This document shows, in pieces, positions 19,642 to 29,318 of a stretch of 64,000 nt of DNA. Under the pieces are notes generated by a model, which worked only from the letters and a program-made list of their open reading frames with translations, was not told the DNA's origin and did not search any database. Location: contig OZ242379.1 in assembly GCA_965209225.1 (NCBI GenBank), forward strand, positions 1,666,661 to 1,730,660, read 5' to 3'. Made by a program: the position numbers and the translations under genes. The DNA is from Thermodesulfobacteriota bacterium (GTDB lineage Bacteria; Desulfobacterota_D; UBA1144; Nemesobacterales; Nemesobacteraceae). How positions within the stretch are numbered: position 1 is the stretch's first letter; each line of letters starts with the position of its first letter.

Positions 19642-21438
19642 TCAGTCTTCCGACTTTGTGGCTATGGAGCTTATTCCCGCTTCAAAGAGCTGTTCCGGGG
19701 AAACATCCGAGGGAGCTTCTGTCAGGGGACAGGATCCCTTCTGCGTTTTTGGAAAAGCTATTACGTCTCTTATCGATTCCCCGCCCGAGAGGAGCATCAA
19801 AAGCCTGTCGAGGCCGAGCGCTATTCCTCCGTGCGGAGGGGCTCCGAATTCAAGAGCCTCAAGCAGAAAGCCGAATTTTTCCCTTGCCTCGTTCTCGCCG
19901 ATCCCTATAGCGTCAAATATTTTTTGCTGTATGTCTTTTCTGTGAATCCTTATGCTTCCCCCGCCTATCTCCACTCCGTTCAAGACTATGTCGTAAGATT
20001 TTGAAGCCGCGTCGCCCGGGGAGTCCTCGATTTTCTCCATGTCCTCATCCTTGGGGGCGGTAAAAGGGTGGTGGACGGCGACGTATCTTTTGTCTCTGGG
20101 GCTGTACTTAAGAAGCGGGAAATCCACTACCCAGAGAAATTCAAGTTTTTCTTCGTCAACCAGAGAGAGGGTTTGACCGAGACTGAGCCTTACGTTTGAC
20201 ATCACCTGGTTTACCATATCGACCGAGTCGGCACCGAAAAACACTATGTCTCCTTTTTCCATCGAAAGGGCCTCGGCCAGAAGCTCGCACTCCCCTTCGC
20301 TTAGAAACTTGACTATGGGAGAGTTCCACCCGTCCTCGCCAACCCTTATCCACGCAAGCCCTTTTGCTCCGAGCGAAATTGCGTACTCTGTAAGATCGTC
20401 TATTTCCTTTCTTGTAAGTTTTTCGGCTCCTCCTTTGAGGTTAAGTGCCTTTATCTCTCCGCCTTTCTCAAGAGCTCCGCGAAAAACTTTGAACTGCGAG
20501 TCACGGAATATGGATGAAATGTCCTTTAATTCAAGGCTGAACCTCGTATCGGGGCAGTCGGTTCCGTATCTCTCCATGGCTTCTTCGTAAGGCATTCTAG
20601 AAAAAGGAATGCTTACGTCAATTCCTTTTGTTTCCCGAAGAACTGTTTTTATCATGCCTTCGACAATTGAGATCACGTCGTCTTCTGAGACAAACGACAT
20701 CTCCATGTCTATCTGGGTGAATTCGGGCTGGCGGTCCGCTCTTAAGTCCTCATCCCTGAAGCATTTGACTATCTGGTAGTATCTGTCAAAACCCGAGATC
20801 ATAAGGGTCTGTTTCAATGTCTGGGGCGACTGAGGAAGCGCGTAGAACTGACCTTCGTTAAGCCGGCTCGGAACGAGAAAGTCTCTTGCCCCTTCAGGCG
20901 TCGATTTCGTGAAATAGGGGGTTTCGATCTCGAGAAACCCGTTTTCGTTGAGGTAACTTCGCACCGCGGCGGCGACTTTGTGGCGAAAGATTATGTTGTC
21001 CCGCATTGGGGGTCTTCTGAGGTCGAGGTAGCGGTACTTAAGCCTGAGAAGCTCATCGGCGTTCACTTCGTTTTCTATCAGAAACGGTATTACCTTTGAC
21101 GTGTTAAGGATTCTTACCTGCTCGGCTACCACCTCGATCTCGCCGGTTTTGAGGCTCGGGTTCACAGTTTCCTCGGTCCGGGGGGTTACGGTTCCTTTTA
21201 CTGCGATTACCCATTCATCCCGCAGCTGTTCGGCAGTCTTATGGATCTTCGGGTCGCGCTGCGGGTTAAAAACAATCTGGCAAAGCCCTTCCTTGTCGCG
21301 CAGATCAACGAAAATTACCCCGCCATGGTCTCTTCGTGACTGTACCCAGCCCATAAGGGTAACGGAGCGGTCAACGTGTTTTTTCCCAAGATCTCCGCAG
21401 AAATCAGACCTTTTCCACTCTCCCATAAGTTCAAGCAT
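19642..21438 (-). CDS. aspS: Aspartate-tRNA ligase (probably non-discriminating)
   Basis: RRDHGGVIFVDLRD, FRDEDLRADRQPEFTQ, GAPPHGGIALGLDR. Confidence 0.96.
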   Translation of the reverse strand: MLELMGEWKRSDFCGDLGKKHVDRSVTLMGWVQSRRDHGGVIFVDLRDKEGLCQIVFNPQRDPKIHKTAEQLRDEWVIAVKGTVTPRTEETVNPSLKTGEIEVVAEQVRILNTSKVIPFLIENEVNADELLRLKYRYLDLRRPPMRDNIIFRHKVAAAVRSYLNENGFLEIETPYFTKSTPEGARDFLVPSRLNEGQFYALPQSPQTLKQTLMISGFDRYYQIVKCFRDEDLRADRQPEFTQIDMEMSFVSEDDVISIVEGMIKTVLRETKGIDVSIPFSRMPYEEAMERYGTDCPDTRFSLELKDISSIFRDSQFKVFRGALEKGGEIKALNLKGGAEKLTRKEIDDLTEYAISLGAKGLAWIRVGEDGWNSPIVKFLSEGECELLAEALSMEKGDIVFFGADSVDMVNQVMSNVRLSLGQTLSLVDEEKLEFLWVVDFPLLKYSPRDKRYVAVHHPFTAPKDEDMEKIEDSPGDAASKSYDIVLNGVEIGGGSIRIHRKDIQQKIFDAIGIGENEAREKFGFLLEALEFGAPPHGGIALGLDRLLMLLSGGESIRDVIAFPKTQKGSCPLTEAPSDVSPEQLFEAGISSIATKSED

Positions 21439-21691
21439 TAAAACGCGGTTCTCCCGGCAAAGAAGGATTGGCTAATCATACTAGATTGATTTACGTTGGC
21501 AAGATCACGGCGACGTTTCAAGAGGAGAGGAAGGCGTGATTTTTTGTCTTGTATTTCTAACTGATAAAGATGCGGGTGCGGATGTTTTCCACGCGTTTTT
21601 TTACTTGTTTTTTCCCTTTTTTTACATACCATTCTAATCTGGAAGGTCGGAAATTTTTCTCCGGCAATAAAATCCCGAGGAGTTTTGATAA

Positions 21692-22465
21692 ATGAGAAAA
21701 GGTCTTGTCTGTAAAAGGAACCTGTTTTTTGCTGTATCCATATGTCTTCTTTTTATTGTAAACGGCTGCGCGGCGACCAGGACCCTTATAGAGAAAAGGA
21801 AACTCAGGGTTGAGACCAAGATGTCGGAGACGATTTTTCTTGAACCGGTGTCGCCCAAGGAGAGGGTTGTTTACGTCGACATAAAGAATACGACCGACAA
21901 GGAACTGTCCGGAATCGAGTACGGAATCAAGGGCAGGATAGCTTCCAACGGTTACAGGGTCACGGAAGACCCGGCCGAGGCGACTTTCATTCTTCAGGCT
22001 AACATTCTTAAGGTAGGCAGATCCGACCTTGAGGAGGCTAACGCCATGTTCGGAGAGGGTTACCAGGGTGTGGTTGAGGGGGCGGTTATCGGCGGAGTTA
22101 TAGGAGGCGCCATAGGCGGGGATGTTGACGAGATCAACAAGGGCACCGTTGCGGGCGCTATTGCAGGCGGAGTTGCGGGCTTTCTTTTTGATGCCCTTGT
22201 GACCGATGATCTTTTCACGATGGTCACGGACATTCAAATAAGGGAGCGTGCTCGACAAGGGGAGCTTATTTACGAGACTCAGGATACAGATGCACCTCAG
22301 GGCACTGCAACGCGGACCACACAGACTTCCCATGTTGACGACGTAAAATGGAAAATATACAGAACCAGAGTTGTTAGCGTTGCCAACAAGGCTAATCTTG
22401 ACTTTGAAGAGGCAAAACCACATCTTCAGGCAGGTCTTGAAAGATCCATAGGCGGGATTTTCTGA
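21692..22465 (+). CDS. traT: TraT-family complement-resistance lipoprotein
   Basis: Lipobox IVNGC, ETKMSETIFLEPV, LQANILKVG, Gly-rich hairpin, VTDIQIRER, SVANKANL. Confidence 0.85.
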   Translation: MRKGLVCKRNLFFAVSICLLFIVNGCAATRTLIEKRKLRVETKMSETIFLEPVSPKERVVYVDIKNTTDKELSGIEYGIKGRIASNGYRVTEDPAEATFILQANILKVGRSDLEEANAMFGEGYQGVVEGAVIGGVIGGAIGGDVDEINKGTVAGAIAGGVAGFLFDALVTDDLFTMVTDIQIRERARQGELIYETQDTDAPQGTATRTTQTSHVDDVKWKIYRTRVVSVANKANLDFEEAKPHLQAGLERSIGGIF

Positions 22466-22583
22466 CGTGTTAAGTACAAATTTGGATGACCAGTGCAATA
22501 GCGAACTAAAAGGCTTAAGCAGTTTTCGGCATGCTGATGTAATTAAGAGAGAAAAAATATTGATATAGTTCAGAAGGTTGCAG

Positions 22584-22895
22584 ATGGGAATACGTATTTC
22601 AATACCCAGAGAAGAGATCGTTGCTTTTTGCGAGCGCTGGAGTATTGCAGAGCTTGCGTTTTTCGGTTCTGTCTTGCGGGATGACTTTAGTCCGGAAAGC
22701 GATATAGACGTGCTTGTAGACCCGCATCCCGGAACTAGTCATAGTATTTCCAATATATTACGCATGGAGAGGGAGTTGGGGGACATTTTGGGGAGAGAGG
22801 TGGATTTAGTCTTTCGACCTGATGTTGAGAGTAGCCGGAATTACATCCGGCGAGAAGCCGTTCTGAAGTCTGCCGAGGTTTTTTATGAAGCGTGA
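22584..22895 (+). CDS. Minimal nucleotidyltransferase (MntA antitoxin)
   Basis: FGSVLRDDFSPESDIDVLV, GREVDLV. Confidence 0.9.
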   Translation: MGIRISIPREEIVAFCERWSIAELAFFGSVLRDDFSPESDIDVLVDPHPGTSHSISNILRMERELGDILGREVDLVFRPDVESSRNYIRREAVLKSAEVFYEA

Positions 22896-23229
22896 TGAAT
22901 CCGCTTATTTGCTTGACATGCTGCTGGCTGCTCAAGATGTTCTGGAATTCTCATCCAGTCTAACTTTTCAGCAGTTTGCCCGAGATCGGTTGCGTCAAAA
23001 TGCTATTTTCAAGTCGATTGAAATCATAGGAGAGGCTGCAACTCATGTTGGAGAGAAAACTAAGCAAGAAACCCTCAAGATTCCATGGCAAGATATTATA
23101 GGCACCCGAAATCGTCTTGCACATGGTTATTTTCAGACAAGTCTGGAAGTTGTATGGGATATTGTAAAGAATGATATTCCTCTGCTAATCAACCTTCTTA
23201 AAACACTTGTACCTCCAGAAGCAGAATGA
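22885..23229 (+). CDS. HEPN/DUF86 toxin (HepT)
   Basis: EIIGEAA, RNRLAHGY (RX4HXY), overlaps the MNT gene. Confidence 0.9.
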   Translation: MKRDESAYLLDMLLAAQDVLEFSSSLTFQQFARDRLRQNAIFKSIEIIGEAATHVGEKTKQETLKIPWQDIIGTRNRLAHGYFQTSLEVVWDIVKNDIPLLINLLKTLVPPEAE

Positions 23230-23269
23230 TGCTCTGAGCCCATTTACGTAGGTAATCTCCAAGGAGAAC

Positions 23270-23298
23270 CAAGCCCTCGCATTCGGAGGCTTTTTTTG
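23270..23298 (+). terminator. Putative intrinsic terminator after MNT-HEPN
   Basis: aagccctc...gaggctt imperfect stem followed by a T run. Confidence 0.45.
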
Positions 23299-23727
23299 CT
23301 CTTTTGTTGTAGGAAATACAAATTTGATTGTAACCGTTCGCCCGAGTCGTGAAGAGCGGCAGGAATTGGCTTGTTGTCCGGCAACTGAGAGATTGAGGTT
23401 AAGAGGTCAGCACGGATTTCCAGTTTTTCTGCAAGGGCTTAAGCTAGATATCTTTTACCGGCAGTCCGTGTTTGTTGTATCTTTCGAGCTTCGTCCTCAA
23501 TATCATTGGACTGACCAGAAGATCAGTCTCAGCAGGCACTCTGCGATGCTCTTGACCTGGGAAAATACATGACCTCGTAGGTCATACAGAATCCAGCCAT
23601 TTACAAAGTGAAATCAGCCAGTTAGAAAATTAACACGGTAAACTGTGAGCCTCTTGCAAAATTCTTAAGGCGAGTGAATTTTTTGAAACTGTTGTGAGCT
23701 GCGTACAAAGTACAAAGTCATCATGAT

Positions 23728-23870
23728 TAACGCGGTAGATTTGCTTTCCGGCGATACGTGGCTTACGGCTTCTCCGATAATTTCAATGCGTAGAATGACG
23801 AAACCTTGCAGTACAACATTCTAAAGAACTCCACCCGTGTTGTACTTTCAACCTGAGTCATTTCTGGACA
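23728..23870 (-). pseudogene. Second DUF86/HEPN remnant
   Basis: Minus strand reads NVVLQGFVILRIEIIGEAVSHVSPESK; lacks the RX4H motif. Confidence 0.6.
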
Positions 23871-23906
23871 GCCTATTGCCAAAGAAAGCAATTTTTCTAA
23901 ATATTT

Positions 23907-25361
23907 TCACGATCTGAGTTGTCTGAACATATCCAAAGCATGGTCTCTGGCCTCCACATGATCTACTATAGGAAGTGGGTAGTTGCCTCCTAGAGAAACC
24001 CCCGAGTCTTCAAGTACATGTTCGGGTGTAGCGGTCCAAGGCTGGTGAATATACTTATTCGGCAAGCTCGCAAGTTCTGGAACCCAGCGTCGCACGTAAG
24101 TGCCGTCGGGGTCAAATTTCCTACCCTGAAGCACGGGGTTGAAAATACGAAAAAACGGAGCTGCGTCAACCCCGCAGCCCGCGACCCACTGCCAACTGAC
24201 GGAATTGTTCGCGAGATCGGCGTCAACTAAAGTATCCCAGAACCATGCGGTGCCGTCCTGCCACGGGATAAGAAGGTGTTTCACAAGAAAAGAGGCGGCG
24301 ATCATCCGTACCCTGTTATGCATCCACCCTGTAGCCCAGAGTTCGCGCATCCCAGCATCGATTATCGGGTAGCCGGTGAGACCCTGCTGCCACAGGCGAA
24401 GTGCCTCTTCATCTCTTGCCCACGGAAAGCGTTCGAATTCCCGTCGAAACGGCTTTTCAGGAAATGTCGGCCAGTTGTAAAGCAGGTGGTGTGAGAATTC
24501 CCTCCATACAATTTGCCGAAAAAAGGATTTCAGGTCATCTTGCGATTCAGGTTTTATGTTTGCAAGCGAGCGATGCCAGCATGTCCTTGGTGATATTTCG
24601 CCGAAATGAAGATGAGGAGAAAGCCTGGAAGTTCCTGCGATATCGAGTCGGTCGCGCCGCATCCCGTATGTTGTCGCTGACTGTTCCAGAAATGAGTTGA
24701 GACGTGCAAGAGCTCCCGCTTCACCCGGTGTCCATATATCAAGCCATCCGACACTCCAGTCGGGTTTTCTAGGTAGAAGCTTCCACTCCTTAAGCGAATC
24801 ACTTCTGATAGGTCGTTTCATGCGTGGAAGCTGTTTTGGTGCGGATAGGGGGTGGGGCAATGGCAACTTCTTAATACAGGCTTTATAAAAGGGTGTGAAC
24901 ACCTTGTAGGGTTTGCCTTTTTTTGTCGTAACAGATTCGGGAGGAAAAAGCAGGTTGCCATCAAATACCTTTAGCTTAGCTCCAAGACTGTTCAGAGTAG
25001 TTTTTGCTTCGGACTCGACTTTGATTGCGTGCGGTTCCGTGAGCCGGGTGACATGAACTGTCGTGGCCCCTGTTTCAGTCACAAGATCTTTCAGTACATC
25101 CTTCGGTCGGCCGCGGCGCAGGATCAGCCTGTTTCCGAGGGTTTCCAAGGATCTGTTTAGCGCCAAAAGGCTGTGATGTAACCACCATCTGCTTGCGCCG
25201 CCGGGCGCCCAGGGGTCTGAATCTGCGTCTTCAAGTATATAGACCGGCACTACGGGCCGGGCGGATTTGGCAGCATCCTTTAGTGCCGGATTATCCAAGA
25301 GTCTTAGGTCGTTTGTGAACCAGTGGATGATTGGATTTGCCGTATGTTTTTCTTGATTCAT
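23907..25361 (-). CDS. phrB: Deoxyribodipyrimidine (CPD) photolyase
   Basis: DLRLLDNPAL, TSRLSPHLHFGEIS, TGWMHNRVRM, DADLANN..WQWVAG. Confidence 0.93.
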   Translation of the reverse strand: MNQEKHTANPIIHWFTNDLRLLDNPALKDAAKSARPVVPVYILEDADSDPWAPGGASRWWLHHSLLALNRSLETLGNRLILRRGRPKDVLKDLVTETGATTVHVTRLTEPHAIKVESEAKTTLNSLGAKLKVFDGNLLFPPESVTTKKGKPYKVFTPFYKACIKKLPLPHPLSAPKQLPRMKRPIRSDSLKEWKLLPRKPDWSVGWLDIWTPGEAGALARLNSFLEQSATTYGMRRDRLDIAGTSRLSPHLHFGEISPRTCWHRSLANIKPESQDDLKSFFRQIVWREFSHHLLYNWPTFPEKPFRREFERFPWARDEEALRLWQQGLTGYPIIDAGMRELWATGWMHNRVRMIAASFLVKHLLIPWQDGTAWFWDTLVDADLANNSVSWQWVAGCGVDAAPFFRIFNPVLQGRKFDPDGTYVRRWVPELASLPNKYIHQPWTATPEHVLEDSGVSLGGNYPLPIVDHVEARDHALDMFRQLRS

Positions 25362-25479
25362 TTTTACTGGGAAACCGGTTTTTGCCTCGAAGATGACAGT
25401 AAATTATACTGATAGGAACATATTTCTCTGAAAGAAATTCGGCAATTTTTTGCTGGAATCTAACTGGAGATTCATTTCC

Positions 25480-26385
25480 ATGGTCCAAACAGCTTCAAAA
25501 GAGGGTTTCAGGTCCGGGTTCATTTCCGTGATAGGACGACCTAATGTCGGAAAGTCCACCCTTGTGAATTCCATCGTCGGAGAAAAAGTTTCTGCCGTTT
25601 CGGATAAGCCGAGTACTACAAGGAACAGAATTCTGGGAGTAAGGACTTTTGATGATTCACAGCTGGTTTTCCTTGATACACCAGGCATTTACAGGGAGAA
25701 AAGCAGGCTAGGGAAATCCATGGCCCGGGCGGTAAGCGGCGCTCTTTCGGACGCTGATCTTGTGGCGTTCGTTACGGACGTGGAAAGACCTTTCGGGGCA
25801 GCTGATCAGTCCATACTTAAGATGCTCAGGAAACCTTCCTTGTTTGTCGTAAACAAGATTGACAAGATAAAAAAATCAAAGCTCCTGTCAATACTCTCAG
25901 TCGCCGAGAGATTCTCTGAGAAGTTCCTCGAAATAGTTCCCATCTCGGCTCTTACGGGCGACGGGGTAGAGCGGCTCACGCAGCTTCTAAAAAAACGCCT
26001 GCCCGAAGGGCCGAAATATTTCCCTGATGATATTTTCACGGACCAGCCCGAGATTTTTTACGTGAGCGAACTCATAAGGGAGAAGGTTTTCAATCTCACG
26101 CGAAAGGAAATTCCCTATAAAGTGGCTGTGGTGGTTTCGGGATTCAGCGAGGATACGGAACGGAACCTGATCAGGATAAGTGCGGAGATCTATGTTGAGA
26201 GAAAAAGTCATAAGGGGATTCTCATAGGAAAGGGCGGGGGGATGCTGAAGCGGATCGGTTCCGAGGCCAGGGTTGATATTGAAAGGATATTGGGAGCCAA
26301 GCTGTTTCTTGAGCTCTGGGTCAAGGTTAAGGAGAACTGGACCCAGAGCGATTTTCTTATAAAGGAATTCGGTTACGGGGACTGA
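25480..26385 (+). CDS. era: GTPase Era
   Basis: GRPNVGKST, DTPG, NKID, KH domain IGKGG..LK.IG. Confidence 0.96.
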   Translation: MVQTASKEGFRSGFISVIGRPNVGKSTLVNSIVGEKVSAVSDKPSTTRNRILGVRTFDDSQLVFLDTPGIYREKSRLGKSMARAVSGALSDADLVAFVTDVERPFGAADQSILKMLRKPSLFVVNKIDKIKKSKLLSILSVAERFSEKFLEIVPISALTGDGVERLTQLLKKRLPEGPKYFPDDIFTDQPEIFYVSELIREKVFNLTRKEIPYKVAVVVSGFSEDTERNLIRISAEIYVERKSHKGILIGKGGGMLKRIGSEARVDIERILGAKLFLELWVKVKENWTQSDFLIKEFGYGD

Positions 26386-26452
26386 ACCAAAAAGTTCTTT
26401 CCCGTCATGTCGCCTTGAACCGTCGGGAGCTTTCCGCATGGCTTGTGTTATG

Positions 26453-26508
26453 TTGACAGTGCTTGTTCCAGAGTTACAATGTTACTATGTAACAAATTTA
26501 GAGGTAAC
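26453..26508 (+). promoter_or_regulatory. Promoter TTGACA-N16-TACAAT with overlapping GTTAC/GTAAC operator palindrome
   Basis: -35 at 26453, -10 at 26475, tgttac-tat-gtaaca at 26480-26494, directly upstream of the antitoxin. Confidence 0.7.
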
Positions 26509-26510
26509 CT

Positions 26511-27104
26511 ATGCCAGTGATCAGAATATCGGACGAAACCCTGCGGCGTCTGAAAACTTGGGCCGAACCTTTGGAAGACACTGCGGAATCGGCAGTCAGC
26601 AAGGTTCTTGATGCGGCGGAGGGAGTGCGCAGTGCATCATTCTGGACTCAGACGGGGCCGGGGACTGCGAAAATCCGAACCGCCGGTAAACGTCGCGGTT
26701 CCGGGTCCGGTGACAGGTCGTCACAGAGGAAGTTTCGAAAGCCTTTGTTGCGGGCAATCTATGAAATGGGAGGGTCGGCGCGAACTGAAGATCTGTATCC
26801 GGTCATCAGGAAACACATTGCGGCGGTTCCGTTGTCCGGAAACATGAACAATCTTTCCTCCAGGGATAAGGAATGGCGGAATGCCATCCGCCGGGAACGC
26901 CACAAGCTGGTTAGGGAAGGTTGCCTACGGGACGATTCGCCTCGTGGAACTTGGGAACTATCTCGGAAGGGAACTGAGTTGGTCGAGAAGATAGTCACTG
27001 AGTCATCCGAGTCGTTCATCAAGCACCTGCTTGCCATTCCCGATGTCGGCGAAGATGCTGATTTTGATCGGATCCCCTCGCAACTGCGCACGGTCAGGCT
27101 ATGA
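26511..27104 (+). CDS. Multi-domain putative antitoxin (RHH-like N-terminus + Mrr_N-like winged helix + VapB-like tail)
   Basis: MPVIRISDETLRRL; LLRAIYEMGGSA...WRN.IR..R..L...G.L....RGTWELS; C-terminal SFIKHLLAIPDVGEDADFDR; ATGA overlap with vapC. Confidence 0.65.
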   Translation: MPVIRISDETLRRLKTWAEPLEDTAESAVSKVLDAAEGVRSASFWTQTGPGTAKIRTAGKRRGSGSGDRSSQRKFRKPLLRAIYEMGGSARTEDLYPVIRKHIAAVPLSGNMNNLSSRDKEWRNAIRRERHKLVREGCLRDDSPRGTWELSRKGTELVEKIVTESSESFIKHLLAIPDVGEDADFDRIPSQLRTVRL

Positions 27105-27517
27105 GCTATCTGTTGGATACCAACATCGTATCTGAGTTCCGGAAACGTGACCGAGCGAACCCGCACGTTGTCAGTTGGTTCAGCAAACGCAAATCATCCG
27201 AGTTGTTTCTGAGTGTTTTGACGATCGGCGAACTGAGGCAGGGTGTTGAACGGATTCGTATGCGGGATTCCGTATCCGCCGAGGGTCTGGACTGGTGGCT
27301 GAACCGCACAGTGCGTGAATTCCGGGATCGCATTATTGATGTAGACAGGGACATAGCGGAACGATGGGGACGACTTGGAATACCCGACCCTGTTCCGGCA
27401 ATTGATGGCCTGATCGCCGCCACGGCACTCGAAAGAGATCTTATAGTCGTAACCCGGAACGTAAAACATATAGCTCTTACGGATGCGCGCTACCTTAATC
27501 CCTTCAGTGCCGAGTGA
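27101..27517 (+). CDS. vapC: VapC-family PIN-domain toxin
   Basis: YLLDTNIVSE, TIGEL, IDGLIAATA, VTRNVKH. Confidence 0.92.
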   Translation: MSYLLDTNIVSEFRKRDRANPHVVSWFSKRKSSELFLSVLTIGELRQGVERIRMRDSVSAEGLDWWLNRTVREFRDRIIDVDRDIAERWGRLGIPDPVPAIDGLIAATALERDLIVVTRNVKHIALTDARYLNPFSAE

Positions 27518-27536
27518 GAGCCCGGGTCTTGCTGGA

Positions 27537-27887
27537 CTTCTGAAAAACACCTGCCCGAAGGGCCGAAATATTTCCCTGATGATATTTTCATGGATCAGCC
27601 TGAGATTTTCTGCGTAAGCGAACTCATAAGGGAGAAGGTCTTCAGTCTCACGCGAAAGGAAATTCCCTGTAAAGTGATGGTGGTCTCGGGATTCAGCGAG
27701 GATACGGAACGGAACCTGATCAGGATAAGTGCAGAGATCTATGTTGAGAGAAAAAGTCATAAGGGAATTCTCATAGGAAAGGGGGATGCTGAAGCGGATC
27801 GGTTCCGAGGCCAGGGTTGATATTGAAAGGATCTTGGGAGTCAAGCTGTTTCTTGAGCTCTGGGTCAAGGTTAAGGAGAACTGGACC
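27537..27887 (+). pseudogene. Decayed direct duplicate of the era 3' end (about 25984-26343)
   Basis: About 350 bp align with era, with substitutions and small deletions. Confidence 0.92.
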
Positions 27888-27897
27888 GTAGAAGTCT

Positions 27898-28683
27898 TTA
27901 TTCTCCCTTGAAAATGGGCTTTCTCTTTCCGAGAAAAGCCCTTTTTCCTTCCTCAGAGTCGCTGCTTTTCCTCACCTTGGCGAAAAGAGACCTTATGAGC
28001 TCTTCGTTTTCTTCCGATACTGGCCTTCCTTCTTCCCAGATATTTATCATCTTTTTCATCGATATCATCGAAAGCGGGGCGTTTTCGCTTATTCCCTCGG
28101 CAAGCCCATAGGTGAACTCTTCAAGCTTGTCTCTTTTTACAACATGGTCGACAAGTCTTTTTTGCAGGGCTCTTTCGGCATTAACGGGGTTTCCGGTGAG
28201 AAAGAGTTCCCTTGTAAACCCGGGACCCACCAAGTTCAGAAATTGCCTTATTCCGCTGTAATGATAAGTCACTCCCAGTTTTACGGGCGGAATTGCGAGT
28301 TTCACGTCGTCGGCGCATATTCTCAGGTCGCAAGTCGCTGCGAGTTCGAGTCCCGCCCCGAAAGCATGACCGTTTATCATTGCTATTACGGGAAGAGGGT
28401 AGGACTTGACCGCCCGCATGGCTTCGGTCAGGGGATGGCCGTTTTCTATGGCAATTTCTTCCTCGGATATTGCGGCTATATCATATCCTGAGCAGAAAGC
28501 TCTATCACCGCTTCCTCTTATAACAACACATCTGATATCAGTGGTTTTTCCCAGTCTTAGGAATTCCTCGGTTAAAAGTCCTAGAGTTTCTGGCGTAAGG
28601 GAGTTTCTTTTCTCAGGGCGATTGAGAGTAATAGTGCAGATTGAACCCTTGGTCTCTATAAGAATTTCTTTGTTCTCGGTCAT
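27898..28683 (-). CDS. Enoyl-CoA hydratase/isomerase family protein
   Basis: [33 protein letters not shown]. Confidence 0.92.
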   Translation of the reverse strand: MTENKEILIETKGSICTITLNRPEKRNSLTPETLGLLTEEFLRLGKTTDIRCVVIRGSGDRAFCSGYDIAAISEEEIAIENGHPLTEAMRAVKSYPLPVIAMINGHAFGAGLELAATCDLRICADDVKLAIPPVKLGVTYHYSGIRQFLNLVGPGFTRELFLTGNPVNAERALQKRLVDHVVKRDKLEEFTYGLAEGISENAPLSMISMKKMINIWEEGRPVSEENEELIRSLFAKVRKSSDSEEGKRAFLGKRKPIFKGE

Positions 28684-28738
28684 GAAGAAATTATATATTA
28701 TCGAAGCTTGAGGTCTAAGCGGAAACGGGAGACGGAAC

Positions 28739-29188
28739 TCAGAACACCCGTTCAGATTCGTTGATTACGCTTTCTTTGACGCGCGGGTGAAGACCTTCCC
28801 GAGTCGTCACGTCAACCTCACATCCTAAGTTGTCTTCAAGGAACTGTTTTACTCCGGCTAAGTCAAGCAGACTGAAGCTGATTCCCGGGTCAATGTCTAT
28901 GAAAAAGTCTATATCGCTTGACGAGGTGTTTTCATCCCGAACGGCGGAACCGAACAGGAAAATGGATTTTACTCCTTGTCCGCGCAACGGTTTTTCAAGC
29001 GACAGAACCTGTTTATGAATTTCTCCTTTTGTCAGGGGTTTTGCTGGAAGCCCGTCGGTTGGTGCTATATCTCTTTCCACTAGAAGTCGCAGCGCTTCGC
29101 GAACCACTTCGCTTGCGTTGTTGTAAAGTCCGGACGAAACCTTTTTCCGGATAAACTCTTCCAGTCTGGGTGTGAGCGAAACATTCAT
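28739..29188 (-). CDS. ParD-like RHH domain fused to a minimal nucleotidyltransferase
   Basis: MNVSLTPRLEEFIRKKVSSGLYNNASEVVREALRLL followed by LFGSAVRDE...SDIDFF...EVDV. Confidence 0.85.
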   Translation of the reverse strand: MNVSLTPRLEEFIRKKVSSGLYNNASEVVREALRLLVERDIAPTDGLPAKPLTKGEIHKQVLSLEKPLRGQGVKSIFLFGSAVRDENTSSSDIDFFIDIDPGISFSLLDLAGVKQFLEDNLGCEVDVTTREGLHPRVKESVINESERVF

Positions 29189-29219
29189 CAGCTTGCCTCC
29201 TCAGTGCATAAGGATACTT

Positions 29220-29250
29220 TGATAACAGAGTTTATCAATCTTTGTTATCA
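29220..29250. promoter_or_regulatory. Inverted repeat tgataacagag-N9-ctttgttatca between divergent genes, putative RHH operator
   Basis: 10/11 match between arms. Confidence 0.55.
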
Positions 29251-29318
29251 TGCTCCGCTTCGTTGCTCGCTGTTGCGAGGGGTTGTTTTTTCAGTCTTTG
29301 AAGTATAATTTATCCAAC

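Noticed and set aside
21557-22498. 313-aa minus-strand ORF
   Set aside because: Antisense to traT, with no recognisable motifs
23324-23572. 82-aa ORF after the HEPN gene
   Set aside because: No RBS or motif, and it lies in a decayed intergenic region
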